Assembly (NCBI GenBank): GCA_965153355.1
Contig: OZ231126.1
Coordinates: 26,226,001-26,290,000, forward strand
Direction of reading: 5' to 3'
DNA: 64,000 bases
Origin: Flaccisagitta enflata
Taxonomy: Eukaryota
The position numbers were made by a program, and so were the translations under genes. Below the pieces are notes generated by a model. The model ran no database searches and had not been told where the DNA came from. It saw nothing but the letters and a program-made list of their open reading frames with translations. Position 1 is the first letter of the stretch. Each line of letters opens with the position of its first letter. Shown here in pieces: positions 46,038 through 63,082 of this stretch.

Positions 46038-47308
46038 ATGATCATGGACAAAAGGAAATTAAGATTTACGGCGCGGCACTCCTTGCTCCTATAGTGCTCC
46101 TCCTTTTTGAAGACGATCGACTTCTCATTTCTCATTTTTACAACTTGCTCAATTAATTTTATTAACGATTACAACTCTTTGGGCGAGCGGAGAGAAAATA
46201 ATTAATAAGCGATAACGAGAGGCTATAAGAGACGAAGTTATAAAAAGAGAAATAAAGAGACGAAAAGAAAGGGGAGAAAAAAATACAATCTCAATGATCA
46301 GATGTCTGAATTTTCCTTTAAATGATATTTGTTTTTAAAGGAGAAAACAAGCGTTTAAACACTTATATTCACCGTGACAAATCACATCTAGGAAGTCAAC
46401 TTCGATCACTTACTGGGTGCCATTTTATCCGACCTACTTTGCTTTTTTTCTCTCTCCTATTTTGCACCTCCTGATCATTTGTTGTCCGTTTGTTTGCATT
46501 TTCGAAATATTTGTCTTTTCATCCGGAACCTTGAAAAACATAAAATTCGAAGCTCCTATTTCTGAAGGCCCAAAAAACAATCCGCATCGTCAACAAGTAA
46601 TCTTGTAATTTTCCTTTCCTTTTATTTTCAGATCAGCGGCGGAGTTTTCTTTTTCCGCTCCGCTTCACTTCATAGAAAACAGGCTCACGGCCATTTACAA
46701 GACTCAAAATAAACAATGACTATAATATCCTAGATGACATTTTCAATACGTTATCAAAACCATTGAAAGATTCAGCGGTTCGTCAGAATTTCATGTTTAA
46801 AATCTCATCTCCCAAAATGAAGCAACGCCCCGAAAGAAGCTCCAATTCTTCGTCAACCGGAATCTCCAACTTTCTGTCGAGCGGAAGTCGCAGCCCTTCG
46901 TCGATCGTCAACGCCTTAATCCACGTCGACAACCGTCCTTCCGTTTCGACTTCCATAACACGCGTCTCCTCCCCTCATTCTTCACCTTCATCTTCTTCTT
47001 CTTCGTCTTCTGCAAATTTGTTTACACTTCGTCTCTTCCCGTCTCCGATTGGACGTATCTGGGTTATGTGAATGAGTTACAACCTCCGTCGGGACCCACA
47101 ACGACGATTTTAGCCCGGGACTTCCCCAGTCAAAATTCGTCTACATCTGGGCGTCCTCTCTTACTAGTCTCCTCCTTCCTCCCTTCTCCCTCCCATTCCT
47201 CCCTCACCCTCCAAAATTGACGTCAAGTAACCCACGCAAAAGAAGAGAAGGAACCTCGCGAAAGGTGAATACATGTCAAACCCCCCACCCCGAAAGAATT
47301 TCAATCAG

Positions 47309-47368
<60 letters not shown>

Positions 47369-47407
47369 ATGGTCACGCAACATAGGAGCAATTAATCGTA
47401 GAATTTT

Positions 47408-47551
<144 letters not shown>

Positions 47552-48699
47552 AAACTGAGAGAGACCACAGTCAGACCACTGGGAGAGACCACAGTCGATC
47601 ATTCAGGACAGTATTCACTAAGGAAGAAAAAAATAGAAATGTGAAAAATCGGTGAAAAAAAAGAAAAGAAGAAAAAAGAAATAGTGAACGAAGTGAGAAT
47701 CGAATTGAATGATTTTGATGAGTTTTGGACCACCAAAAGAGTCCCAAAGATCGAAGCGCCAAAGAGGTATTTAAACTCAGAAAATGATTGGTTCTCCGCA
47801 CGCTTGAATTCGATTTTTTTTTCTGTCGATGAGGCTCCGCATCATGATGGAACGTATTGGTTCTATCTCAAGGTTTGTCCGTCTGTGACATTTGGTTAGT
47901 CATCATATCCATTAACATTTGAAATATTTTTAGTCATCATATCCATTCACATTTGAAATATTTTATGTGCAGACAGTTTTGCTCAGGAGAAATTGACATT
48001 TTCGAGAAAGTGCCACTTTTTTTTCAAAAGCTTTATCGATCATCTTTTCATTGTCATGTTCAAAATGCTGCGTTGGTCCGTTGGTCAAGCTTGCAAAAGG
48101 TACCTTAACGCTTACTTTCCTTTCTTCTTTGTGGTCCATGGTCATCCCTCTTTACCCCCCTCCCCCCCCCCTTCCCCGATATAAAGGTACCATGATTGTC
48201 CATCTGAAGGCAAGTAGTTTCTGGAGACGATTGCTCGGCGCTCCAACTTCGCTCATTCTTCCACATAAAACAAGGCCGGGTACACAGCTACCCCAGTTGC
48301 GTGCGAGTGGGCAAGGGCCGTCTTTGTGGTCACTTCATCATTCGGGCAGGAGCAGTGAGGCCAAAGACCGCTAAATCCCCAAGAAAATAAAGTGTGAAGG
48401 ACCGATGGACTGACGGACCGAAGGACTGACATAGTGGGTTGTAGAGTCGCGTAGCACCCGACTAAAAACTCATAGTTGATGATCTCGAACGCCATCACTA
48501 GCAGTAACCATGTCCATGAAAGCCAATAATTACTTTTATTTTCATAGTTACCCCTACCATCACTTTGAGTAACAAAAGAAACTAGCATAATTGAGGTGCA
48601 AAAGTTTCTTTAAGCTTCAAGCTTTAAGCTTTAAAATCTAAGACAGGATTGTTTGCCATGATTTTACTCCCGGATGCTTACCTATTTCGGGTTTAGACA

Positions 48700-48807
<108 letters not shown>

Positions 48808-49240
48808 TCTGTTTGAAAGCGAACGAGAGTGATAGTTCTCCTCCCCCTTTGAGTTAAAAACTAACTGGAGGTTGGCCCACATGTCGCTTACGCAGTCGGA
48901 TTACGTGGATTAAGCTTGAAGGGAAAAAAAGCAGAAGTAGAAGAAGAAGAAGAAGAAGAAGAAGAAGAAGAAGAAGAAGAAGAAGAAGAAGAAGAAAAAA
49001 GAAAAAGAAAGAAGAAGAAGAAGAAGAAGAAGAAGAAGAAGAAGAAGAAGAAGAAGAAGAAGAAGAAGAAGAAGAAGAAGAAGAAGAAGCAGAAGAAGAA
49101 GAAGAAGAAGAGAAAAAAAAGAAGAAAAAGAAGAAAAAGAAGAAAAAGAAGAAAAAGAAGAAAAAGAAGAAAAAGAAGAAAAAGAGGAAGAAGAAGAAGA
49201 AAGTAAAACGAAGGAGCAGAATAAGGCAAAGCAGGAGATA

Positions 49241-49981
49241 AAACAGGTCGCCCAAGGGCAATATATGGTCAGCGATACCCTTTGCCCTGCTTTGACTGAT
49301 TGTGAGTTGGAGTGAGGGGAAGCAGGGCAGCGGCCCCGAAGGGGACGAAGTCCTGTAGAACACAGGGGGACTTTCGTTCGTCCTGCGTTACCTGGATGAG
49401 ATGCTACATAGAGGGTTGACTGAAGGCCTTCAAGAGCTTAAATTGAGGTCTAAGAAGGCTGATGTAAGGCCTGAGAATGCCAATTGGAAGCTTGAGAGGA
49501 CAAACTTGAGGCCTAATTTGAGGCATGAGAGGACAGGTTTGAGGCATGGGAATTTCGATTTGAGGCCTGCGAGGCCTAGTTTGAGGTCTGAAAGGCCAGG
49601 TTTGTGGCCTGAGAGGTTGGATTTGAGGCCTGAGAGGCCGGATTTGAGGCCTGAGAGGCTGGATTTGAGGCCTGAGAGGCTGGATTTGAGGCCTGAGAGG
49701 CTGGATTTGAGGCCTGAGAGGCTGGATTTGAGGCCTGAGAGGCTGGATTTGAGGCCTGAGAGGCTGGATTTGAGGCGTGAGAGGCTGGATTTGAGGCCTG
49801 AGAGGCTGGATTTGAGGCCTGAGAGGCTGGATTTGAGGCCTGAGAGGCTGAATTTGAGGCCTAAGGGGCCTGATAAGGGGGGGACGCACGAACGAACGAA
49901 CGGACGGACGAACGAACGAACGAACAAAAGTCCCCCTGTGTTCTACAGGACTTTGTCCCCTTCGGGGCCGCTGCCCAAAAA
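49241..49981 (-). mobile_element. GGGCAGCGGCCCC-family element with a homogeneous 21-bp array
   Basis: Inverted GGGCAGCGGCCCCGAAGGGGAC..CCTGTAGAACACAGGGGG termini; (GAGGCCTGAGAGGCTGGATTT)n at about 49600-49865. Confidence 0.78.
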
Positions 49982-49994
49982 GGGAGAATACAAA

Positions 49995-50029
<35 letters not shown>

Positions 50030-50451
50030 AGAAGAAGAAGAAGAAGAAGAAGAAGAAGAAGAAGAAGAAGAAGAAGAAGAAGGAGAGGAGGAAAAAGAAG
50101 ATGAAGAAGAAAAAGAAAAAGAAATAGAAATAGAAATAGAAGAAGAAGAAGAAGAAGAAGAAGAAGAAGAAGAAGAAGAAGAAGAAGAAGAAGAAGAAGA
50201 AGAAGAAGAAGAAGACGAAGAAAAAAAAAGAAATAGTAGAAGGATAAAGGAAAAAGAGGAACGAGAAAAAGAAGAAGAGAAAGAAAAAAAAAATAAGAGG
50301 AAAAAGATATTTCTCATCTGCCGATGATCCATCAAAAGGGTCGAGTTGAAAAAGTTAAAAAAATTAACATGAGGGTAGACAAGTCTGACATGTCTGACAT
50401 GGCCATGACGTGGCCAACATGTTAAGAAAAAGATGGATGAAGATGAACTAG

Positions 50452-50529
<78 letters not shown>

Positions 50530-52112
50530 CAAATTCACAGAATGACTCTTTTAACTTATGTTCACAGTAAGACAGGGTGTAACAAGGTCATTAGACCTAA
50601 GTCGCGTGCGTCGGCACTTTCAAAAAAGTCATGCCTTTTCAGGTGGTGCTAAGCAGAATTTTTTGGGATCAATATTTTTTTAATTATGAAGCTCTAAACT
50701 TGATTGCTACATTATGCAATTTTTTTTGTTTTTGGCATTCAAATTTGATGATGCGAGCCTTCATGATCCTATAGAAAACAAGTGACGCGGGGGTCACAAT
50801 ATGGTTGTGGTCAGGTGGTCAGGTGGGCAGGGGCAGACCGCATACAAGCCCCATCCACACCCTCACCCACCCCATGCACACTCACAAACACAGACCAGTT
50901 CAGCTGCAGCATCAAAAATGTGCGTTTTCGCACTTTTCAACTTGATCATCACGGACCAACAGACCAATGGACCAACAGACCAACAGACCTATGGACGGAC
51001 ATAGCCTCTTATAGAGTTACGTGTCCAAAACTAAAAACAAATGGAGAGATACAGAAAAGCAAGAAAGTAGCCATAATACAAATATCAAAAAAATTCAAAA
51101 CCCGCATTTACGACCTTCTTCCTTCAGCGAGGCTTTATTGGTTACTGACAGATACTAATCATATTATCATCGTTAAAAGTCATACACGGATTTTACAGTT
51201 TGTGCATGTGTGTGATGTGTTTCTTGGTGCTTGCACGTCTTTTCAAAAACATTTGGTTGGCGTGCTTGAATTCTTATTGTCTAATTTATTTGTTTTTACT
51301 TTACTGCATTAAAAACAAACCCTAGATTGATATTTGCGTGTGGCATCTATTACCAAAATACCATATTGCTCATCTCCTTATATTTCTTTTTCTCTTTTTC
51401 AGAACTGATTTCTTTACGTGTTGGCGTTGGCGTTGGCGTAGACTTAGACAACTGACTTAAGCAATCAATTTCTTCAGTCCTCAACCCGCCCTTCAAATAA
51501 GAGGAAGTTAGGGATAAAAAGGATATACAAAAAATTGTGAACTTCGTCCGAACTCTACCAAACATCGTGACCTTTCAACAACATTCTTACCACATAGTAG
51601 GGACGCTCCTAACCCCACCATTTCTACCTCGGCAGACCCATCCCTCATCGCCTACCGTCTCTACCCCACCCCCTCACCCCTACTGTTTCTGTCATTTTTT
51701 GGGCTCGATATCAGACGTTCGAAGGCCACCTATGAGGTATTTGGTGGACCTACCCTAGACAGCTCTTTAAAGGGCCCACCCAAGTTCGTGGGACGAAGGA
51801 AAGCAAATGTATCCTCGTTTTGTGACGGTTTGACGGGAAGGAAAACATTTTCACCAACAAACCGCGTTGTCAGTCAATATCGTCTCTCTCACTCTCTCTC
51901 TCTCTCTACCTGCATCTTCAACTGCGCGATCTACTTTTTTTTTTCTCTCTCTAATTCATGTTTCTATTTAATTTCAATCCTCATGCTGAGTGGAATTGAA
52001 GGCACTCGGGAAAAAAGTTAAATGCCGTAATTATTGCCAATTACCAAGTGCCACCCAAGTAGAGCCATCCGAGGAATATAATCTGCACCGCGCAACAGCA
52101 AAGAAAAAGAAA

Positions 52113-52170
<58 letters not shown>

Positions 52171-52171
52171 G

Positions 52172-52242
<71 letters not shown>

Positions 52243-52604
52243 AAAAAGTTGGCAAAAAAAAACGTATTAAAAACACCCGCAAAAAATAATTGGAAACTAA
52301 TTTGGTAACCAAACCACATCTGTTGTCTCTCTGTCAATCGAAAGACAGGCGATAAGACCTTTAAATTTCTTCTTCAACCGTCTGAAAAAAAAGTTCACCA
52401 ACGAGAGTCTTTTTGACTTTTGCTCCAAACAAGTCTTGTACCTCTTCTCTCCTTGATCTGGAAAAAAACAAGTTGCCTAAAGAGTTCGCGAACTTTGAAC
52501 CTAATCGACCGTTGCTCTTTTGTCGGTAGAGCAATCCGAGTCAACCGCACTCGACGCCTCTGGTGGAACCTTGTGAGAACTACGAAAAACTAAAAGGGAA
52601 CCTC

Positions 52605-55466
<2,862 letters not shown>

Positions 55467-55675
55467 GTAAGTTTTGGATTTTTTTGTTCTCTTTTTTTGT
55501 TGCCAGAAGACTTGATTCACAAATGGATTTAAAATATGATCACGCTTGTCATCTTTTATGACAAAATTGATAAACACTTAAAAAAAACAAATAAACAAGA
55601 AGTAAACAAAACGGAAACGAGAAGTCACTCGCCTTCTCAATGATAAGTTGCACCGAAAGAGTTTCCGTTCTGAAA

Positions 55676-56162
55676 AACAAGGCCAACGCTTATAAGTCGC
55701 GTGCGGGACATTAATAACTAAAGATGACTTGAATTGACCTAAATGACTAAAGTTGACCTTTAATGACTTAAAATGACTTAAAATGACTTAAAATGACTCA
55801 AAATGACCTAAAATGACTTAAATGATTTAATTGACCTTATTGACTTAAATGGCTTGATATAACTCAATGTGACTTAAAATGACATAGAATGACATAAAAT
55901 GACTTAAAATGACCTAAAATGACATAGAATGACTTAAAATGATGAAAAGGACTATATTGACTAGAATGACTTAGAATGACTTAGAAAAACTTAGAACGAC
56001 TTAAAACAACTTAGAATGACTTAAGATGACCTAAAATGATTTAAAATGACTAAAAATGACCTAAAGAAACCAAAGTGATAAAAGAAATAAAGTGTGACCA
56101 ACCGAACGACCGACCAACTGACAGTCAAAGCGGGGTGTAGAGTCGGGTGCACGCGACTAAAA
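55676..56162 (-). mobile_element. DINE-1/Helentron-like element with an internal 10-bp (AAAATGACTT)n array
   Basis: ACAAGGCC start, AGTCGCGTGC subterminal repeat, (GACC)n and GTGCACGCGACTAAAA end. Confidence 0.7.
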
Positions 56163-56652
56163 ACACTAGCACAAGCAACAATTTCGAATACACCAACCTT
56201 AGAATCCAAACGCAAAACATTGAACAGTCTTCCAATGTGTCCTTGTTTTTCTTATTTTTTTCTGGCTTGTCCTTGCGTATGTCCTCGTTCTTGCCTTGAA
56301 GTGAACTCCGTCGGGAATTGAAGGAAAAATTGAGGAAAAAAAAGCAAAACAAAAGTGAAACGAGAGAGACAGAGTGAAGGGAAGAAAGAGAGAAAGAAAG
56401 AAAGAAAGAGTGAAAGAAAGAAAGAAAGAAAGAAAGAAACCAAGAAACCAAGAGATAAAGAAAGAAAGAGAGAGATAAAAAAGAAAGAAAGAAAGAAAGA
56501 AAGAAAAAAAGAAAGACAGGAGGAAAAAAAGAAAGAAAGAAAAAAGAAAGATAGAAAGAAAGAAAGAAGGAAAGAAAAAAAGAAACAAAGAAAGCAAGAA
56601 ACAAACAAACAATGAAATAAAGGAAGAAAGAAAGAATGAATGAAAGAAAGAC

Positions 56653-56735
<83 letters not shown>

Positions 56736-56782
56736 AAAAAAGAAAGAAAAAAAAAAGAAAGAACGAAAGAAAGAAAGAACGA

Positions 56783-56834
<52 letters not shown>

Positions 56835-56927
56835 AAAAAAGAAACTAAGTAAGCAAAAAACAAACAAACAAACAAACAAACAATGAAATAAAGGAAGAAA
56901 GAATGAATGAAAGAAAGAAAGAAATAG

Positions 56928-56982
<55 letters not shown>

Positions 56983-57102
56983 AAAATAAACGTAGATAGA
57001 ATATGAAAAGAGAATAATGTTGCAGTTGGAATCGAGATGGAAGGAAGAGATGTTGAAATCCCTGAGGACTCCGGGGCTTTCATAACTGGGTGACGGAGGA
57101 AG

Positions 57103-57145
<43 letters not shown>

Positions 57146-57492
57146 TGACAGAAAAACCGAGATGGACAGACAGCTGGACAGAAGGAAAGATATATTTTAA
57201 CATGATACGTGCCGGTTGCAGGGGCATGTGTGTCTACATACATACCCGTTAAGAAAAACGGACAGACTGACCCACCGACCAACTAACGGAGTTACCGACT
57301 GACCATTCAAATAGATAGCGGATTCCGATGACATTTGCGAAAGCAGATGACTGACAAACTTAATCAAAACATCATTTGCATATTGCCGCGATGGGTAATT
57401 GATTCTGAGTTGTTATGCAGAAGGGTTTTGCTCTTGTTAGAACTATTCCTCACAGCAAATCTTTTCATTTCTATTTATCTTTAATGTTTCAG

Positions 57493-57499
57493 GTTACTC
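57493..57499 (+). other. candidate 7-nt microexon (GTTACTC) in the Hox3 linker intron
   Basis: Pyrimidine-rich tract CTTTTCATTTCTATTTATCTTTAATGTTTCAG, then GTTACTC, then consensus donor GTGAGT; reads G-Y-S in frame with exon 4. Confidence 0.5.
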
Positions 57500-58064
57500 G
57501 TGAGTAAACGATTTCTTAAGAATGACGTGATGTACTACACTTTAGTCGGATAGCCAATCAATTTGAAAATTAAAACTAGTTTGAAAATTAATAATTGCGA
57601 ATCGAGATGTTTTCGTTTCTACTTGCGCGTCATTGACCGGAAATTTGTCTGAGAAAGCGCGGCTCTTTGGCGTGTGATTGGAGCCATGAGAGCCCGTGTA
57701 ATTCGACTCCCGCGTCACCGGGAGAATCATTAATGACTCCGGTGACCACCGACTATTGGCGTAACCAAGGTTGCTACTCATTAGCGTTTAGCGACGCTGA
57801 CAACGTGACCCAAAAAGAAATAGTGATTATAAAAGATAAATAAAGAATACAGACGCAGAAAATGATGAGGAATAACGAGTGGATGATACACCTTCTCTTC
57901 CATTTACTCTGTTGGGATTTGATATCCCAAAGCTTCACATTTATGTACAGACACTTCTTTCACATGCTCATCGAACGAAGACTTTCGCGCACGCAGAGAA
58001 AGTGGGTGTGTGTGCTAACGTGCATTATATGTATTATTTCTCTCCCTCTCTGTTTTTCCATTTC

Positions 58065-58220
<156 letters not shown>

Positions 58221-58943
58221 GTAGGGAACGCCATTGTAAATTCCGAGGTCCCCATTTGCATGAGACAGGATCTTGTTTATAAAAGCGATGAAGATTCTCG
58301 AGAGAATCGCAAGCGCACGATTCTCTGGAGAGATTTCTTCTTCTGTCTCTGTCTCTGTCTCTGTCTCTGTCTCTTATTCTAGCTCTATCTCTGTCTCTGT
58401 CTCTTATTCTAGCTCTACCTCTGTCTCTGTCTCTTATTCTAGCTCTATTTCTGTCTCTGTCTCTTATTCTTGCTTTATCTTTGTGTCTGTCTCTATTGCT
58501 CTGTCGCAAACTCTGTCCCACTCAGTCACCCTTTGGCTGTCGCTCATACTGTCAGTTTGTCGAGATGTCCACCTATCTTTGCCTTTTAATAAACCTGCTT
58601 GTCTCTATCCCTCTCTATCTCTATCTATGTGTCTCTTTCTCTGTCTCACTGCGTTTCTATTTCTACCTTGCTGTAAACCTACTCTATCTCCACGTCTGAC
58701 TCTGTCACTCTCTTTCACTCTTTTTTGGTACAAGCGTTCTCATGCACCCAATACGAAATTCTATGAACATAGAAATATATCCATGCGCGCACGCGTAAAG
58801 TCGGCTCTCCTTTCGTAGCGTATTTTGATGCGTATAACGTAAGAAATAACCCAAGCGTGTCACAAGAGGTCGCACGGCCTCTCCTTCTACTCGCTTTTCG
58901 ATACAACCCAATCGCTCCTTTTCTATTCTTTACTTTCCTTTGT

Positions 58944-59117
<174 letters not shown>

Positions 59118-60227
59118 CTTCCAACATGGGCTCCGCAGCGTCCCAAAGCTCGCGCCAATTTGAAATTCCATTTTTGTTGCATATTTTTCGATCAGATCCT
59201 CCGTAGGCGGAGCGGAGGAGGGAGTAGGAGGAGGAGAGAGGAGGAGGAGGGAGTGGATGGGAGTGGGGGTTTGAGGTAGAGGGAGTAGGATGAGGACTGA
59301 GCAGAAAGAGGAGGGGGGTGTATTTTACTTGGGTCAGGTGGCATAGGCGGAGGTAGGGGTGTCTAGCTAATAAAAGAAGTTGAATACTGTTGAGTTGAAT
59401 TGCCTTTTGTAGCAAATCATAGTTCACATTACACAGTGTCAAAGTTTGAATCACAGTTACAACAGGAATGACTGCTCTAAACCATTAGGTCTTCAAGTTT
59501 CATGGGCCATCGTGGTACTCGTGGATAAAATAAAACGATTCTTATCTGGAATGCTTTGAGGTTGGGGGTTGTGGAGTCGGGGAGAAAAGCTTAATCAGTA
59601 CAAAATCGGGGGTCAATGTCTAAAAGAATTCCTTTCCATGCCCTCATGATGAACGGGAATGGCAATTGGATTATCTCCTAGGGTTCCATTTATATTTTGT
59701 CCTGCGCTCTTGCTTGAAATTATTCATTCTTACATCATACCTCGCCTAGTTCTAATTAGTTTTTATACATGTTTACTTGTGAAATGATATCATGTTTTTC
59801 GCCTTTGACTTTATTACTATTCACTGTATAACATATTGCATGCAAGCTGTTTTCTCTGACATTTCGCCGAGCCAGCCGTCATTTTAAATCCGCGCTCCTA
59901 CCAGTACCACCACGCTCCTCAATTCCCTTTCTTTACCTGTTCTTCTTCTAGAGCATATATCTCTTATCTCGCCTTTCTTTTTCTCTTTTTCTTTCCTGAC
60001 ATTCCTTATTGCCTCAATCCTCCTATTTTTTTCTTCTTCTTCTTCTCCTTTTTCTCCTTTTCTTCCTCGACTTTCTTTTCCTCCCCTATGTCCCAGCGGT
60101 TCTCTACGTGGCAGCTCACGAAATAAGCATCACAAAGGATGATTCCCTTTCAGCCTGAGGGGATCACATGTCGATGTAAGAACGAGCAATAGAAGCACGC
60201 ACAGAAAGAGAAAGACAGAAAAAGAGT

Positions 60228-60287
<60 letters not shown>

Positions 60288-60441
60288 AGAAAGAAAGAAG
60301 AAGAAAGAAAGAAAGAAAGAAAGAAAAGAAAGAAGAAAGAAAGAAAGAAAGAGAAGAAAGGAAAGAAAGAAGAAAGAAGAAAGAAAGAAAAGAAGAAAGA
60401 AAGAAAGAAAGAAAAAAGAAAGAAAGAAGAGAAAGAAGAAA

Positions 60442-60474
<33 letters not shown>

Positions 60475-60492
60475 AGAAAAGAAAGAAAGAAA

Positions 60493-60523
<31 letters not shown>

Positions 60524-60584
60524 AAAGAAAGAAAGAAAGAAAAGAAAAGAAATGGAAGGAAGGAGGAAGGAAGGAAGGAAGGAA

Positions 60585-60629
<45 letters not shown>

Positions 60630-60915
60630 GAAAGAAAGAAAGTAAGAAAGAAAGAAAGAAATGACGGAAGGAAGGAGGGAAGGAAGGAAGGAAGGAAGAA
60701 AGAATAAAAGGAAGGAAGGAAGGAAAGAATCAAGAAGACATAAGCAGCAACAACACTCACGATGAAAAATTTGGTAAGGGAAAGTAGCGAAGAGGCGAAT
60801 GAATTGTGTTTCCTGAGACGGTATTACTGACAAATTTTTAAAAGTCACCTTTGTCCGTAAAATTGCCGTAAAACATTCGCTTTTGAAAATGAAAGTTTGG
60901 CCGCCTGCCTGTCAA

Positions 60916-60993
<78 letters not shown>

Positions 60994-62331
60994 TCTCTCT
61001 CTCTCTCTCTCTCTCTCCATCATTGTCATTTGGTCAGACAATTCGACCGAAAGATGAACTCTTTGCTTCCGACTTCCGGTGGCAATTCTTCGACGTAAAC
61101 GAGCAAAAGTTGGTTGTAAAACAGTTTTCATTATCGCCGTTTAGACGGCCAAAACGATCGTAAAAACGTCCGTTACACTTTAACCACTGATTTGAACCCG
61201 AAACCCTGACGATGACGACGTCGTTGACGTCGACAACGGAGATGGTAATGATGACGTTGACGATGACGCTGACGAAGGTGACGACGCTGATGACGACAAT
61301 GCAACGACGACGCGGAAAGGAGCAATGATGAGTAATGATGGTTGTCGCCGTTGGTCTTTTGTTTGCGATTTCAAAGAAGAATCGAGGACCGTACGGAAGC
61401 GACAATCGTGACAAATGATGGAACTTCTGTTCAAGAAACGAAAGACTATCGTCTTTGGAAGTGCTTACAAAAACAAGACGAATAGTATCAATTTTTTTAT
61501 TTGCGCTAATGCACATCTAAAATAGGCTGTGTCCGTTGGTCGGTCTCTCGGTCGGTAACGCATTCGTTCGACGATCCACACGGTGGACATGGCTTTTGCT
61601 CTGGGCTTTGTTTTACATACTCTCATTTGGGGTTGATTTGCATATTGCAGCTAATCATGACCTTCAGACGGTAGCGATGTAGAAATTCATTTCCTAGTCA
61701 ACATTGGGATATGTTGTTGTTCCGATTAAGTCTTTTTACCTTGGGTTATGAAATTGAGAATTGCAATTCCGGTGATTTGGCAGCTGACACAATTTTTTTT
61801 CTGTTACATGTTGTAAGATCTAGCAAATGTGGCCAATGTTTCTCCGGGATTTTTTGTGCTTTTCCCTGAGAATTGCGGTTGCACATGAGCTGCTGATCAG
61901 TAAGTGTCGGTGGTGAGTTGGCTATTCATACGATGTTACGCGCCGCACTATTGTGTTTCACGCGAGCGTTCATATTCATTTGCCAGTGACATGCCCAGGC
62001 AGGCAGGCAATTCATTGCATAATCCACGGTATTTCTGAACTGAAGAAGCCTATCGGACGAACGAACCGACATGAAGACAGGCCATCTTTAAAAGAATCGT
62101 TCACGCATCGAAAAAGTTGTGATAGCAAGTCACGATCTAATTCATACTAACACACGCACTTCACTACTTGCACGCACACAAACACACGCAATATGCACAT
62201 GCGTCAAACCTAAGAGTCGTAACGACTCATCCGCACACAAGTAAAATACTCACACCCAAATATAGGAGAATATAAAAAAGAAAACAGCGTAAAAGAAGAG
62301 TCGAAGGCGTTCAAGGAAGAAGCGAAGGGAG

Positions 62332-62427
<96 letters not shown>

Positions 62428-63082
62428 CTACAACAAGTTTGCTCCAATGCAAAATATTCCTGCCCAGTCCCGCGGGACTAGGAAGCTCGTGGCCGGTCTC
62501 TCCGAGAAAAAAAAAACGACGCTATGGCGGCCATTTTCTACCTCGAATAGGGCCAAAGTAAAAAGGTTGGGTGGGGGTGACCATCCAGAAGGTGTTTGAT
62601 CGAGATGTTTGGTTGTTGCGGATGTCAAGGTCTGATGTGGGGTCGGTCAATGGTGAAAATGAAGGAACGTGGGTGCGTGGATTTATCATCGGGGGTTAGG
62701 TAAGATGTTGTAAGGTGTTGTATGGTGTTGTAAGGTGTTGTAATATTTACCAGGGGTGTATGTAATTGAGTCGCTTTTGATTACCCCCCCCCGCCTTTAC
62801 TTCCCCGCGACACGTTGCGTCGCATTTTGAAATCTATGAATCATAGACTATGATTGTCTTCCCATAGAGCAATAAAACAGTGTACTTAAGGCTTGAATAG
62901 TATCAAATTGTATTTTACTAAACAGATTTTATGATTTGGTACTGTCAAAAGTTATATTTTCTCCCAAATGTTCTCCTTTTCTCTTTTTTCCCCTTTGACT
63001 TCCTTCCCCATCTGCAAACCCTTTGATTCCCCACCCCACCCCCAAGGGGGGGGGGGGAACTCAATTATATGCAGGCCTGATA

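Noticed and set aside
46763-47071. Ser-rich ORF as a possible extra Hox3 exon
   Set aside because: No phase-compatible donor/acceptor pair was found, there is no recognisable motif, and the antisense frame has stops.
49401-50327. 308-aa ORF with RPERLDL repeats and polyE
   Set aside because: Translation of a 21-bp array in a non-autonomous element plus a (GAA)n tract.
52552-52567. CTCF-like CCACCAGAGGCG (minus strand), and a similar partial match at about 24982
   Set aside because: Spacing or core mismatches to the CTCF consensus.
60154-60175. Possible 22-nt second linker exon (TTTCAG...GTAAGA)
   Set aside because: The pyrimidine tract is short and the frame is open only if the 7-nt microexon is included; too weak without RNA data.
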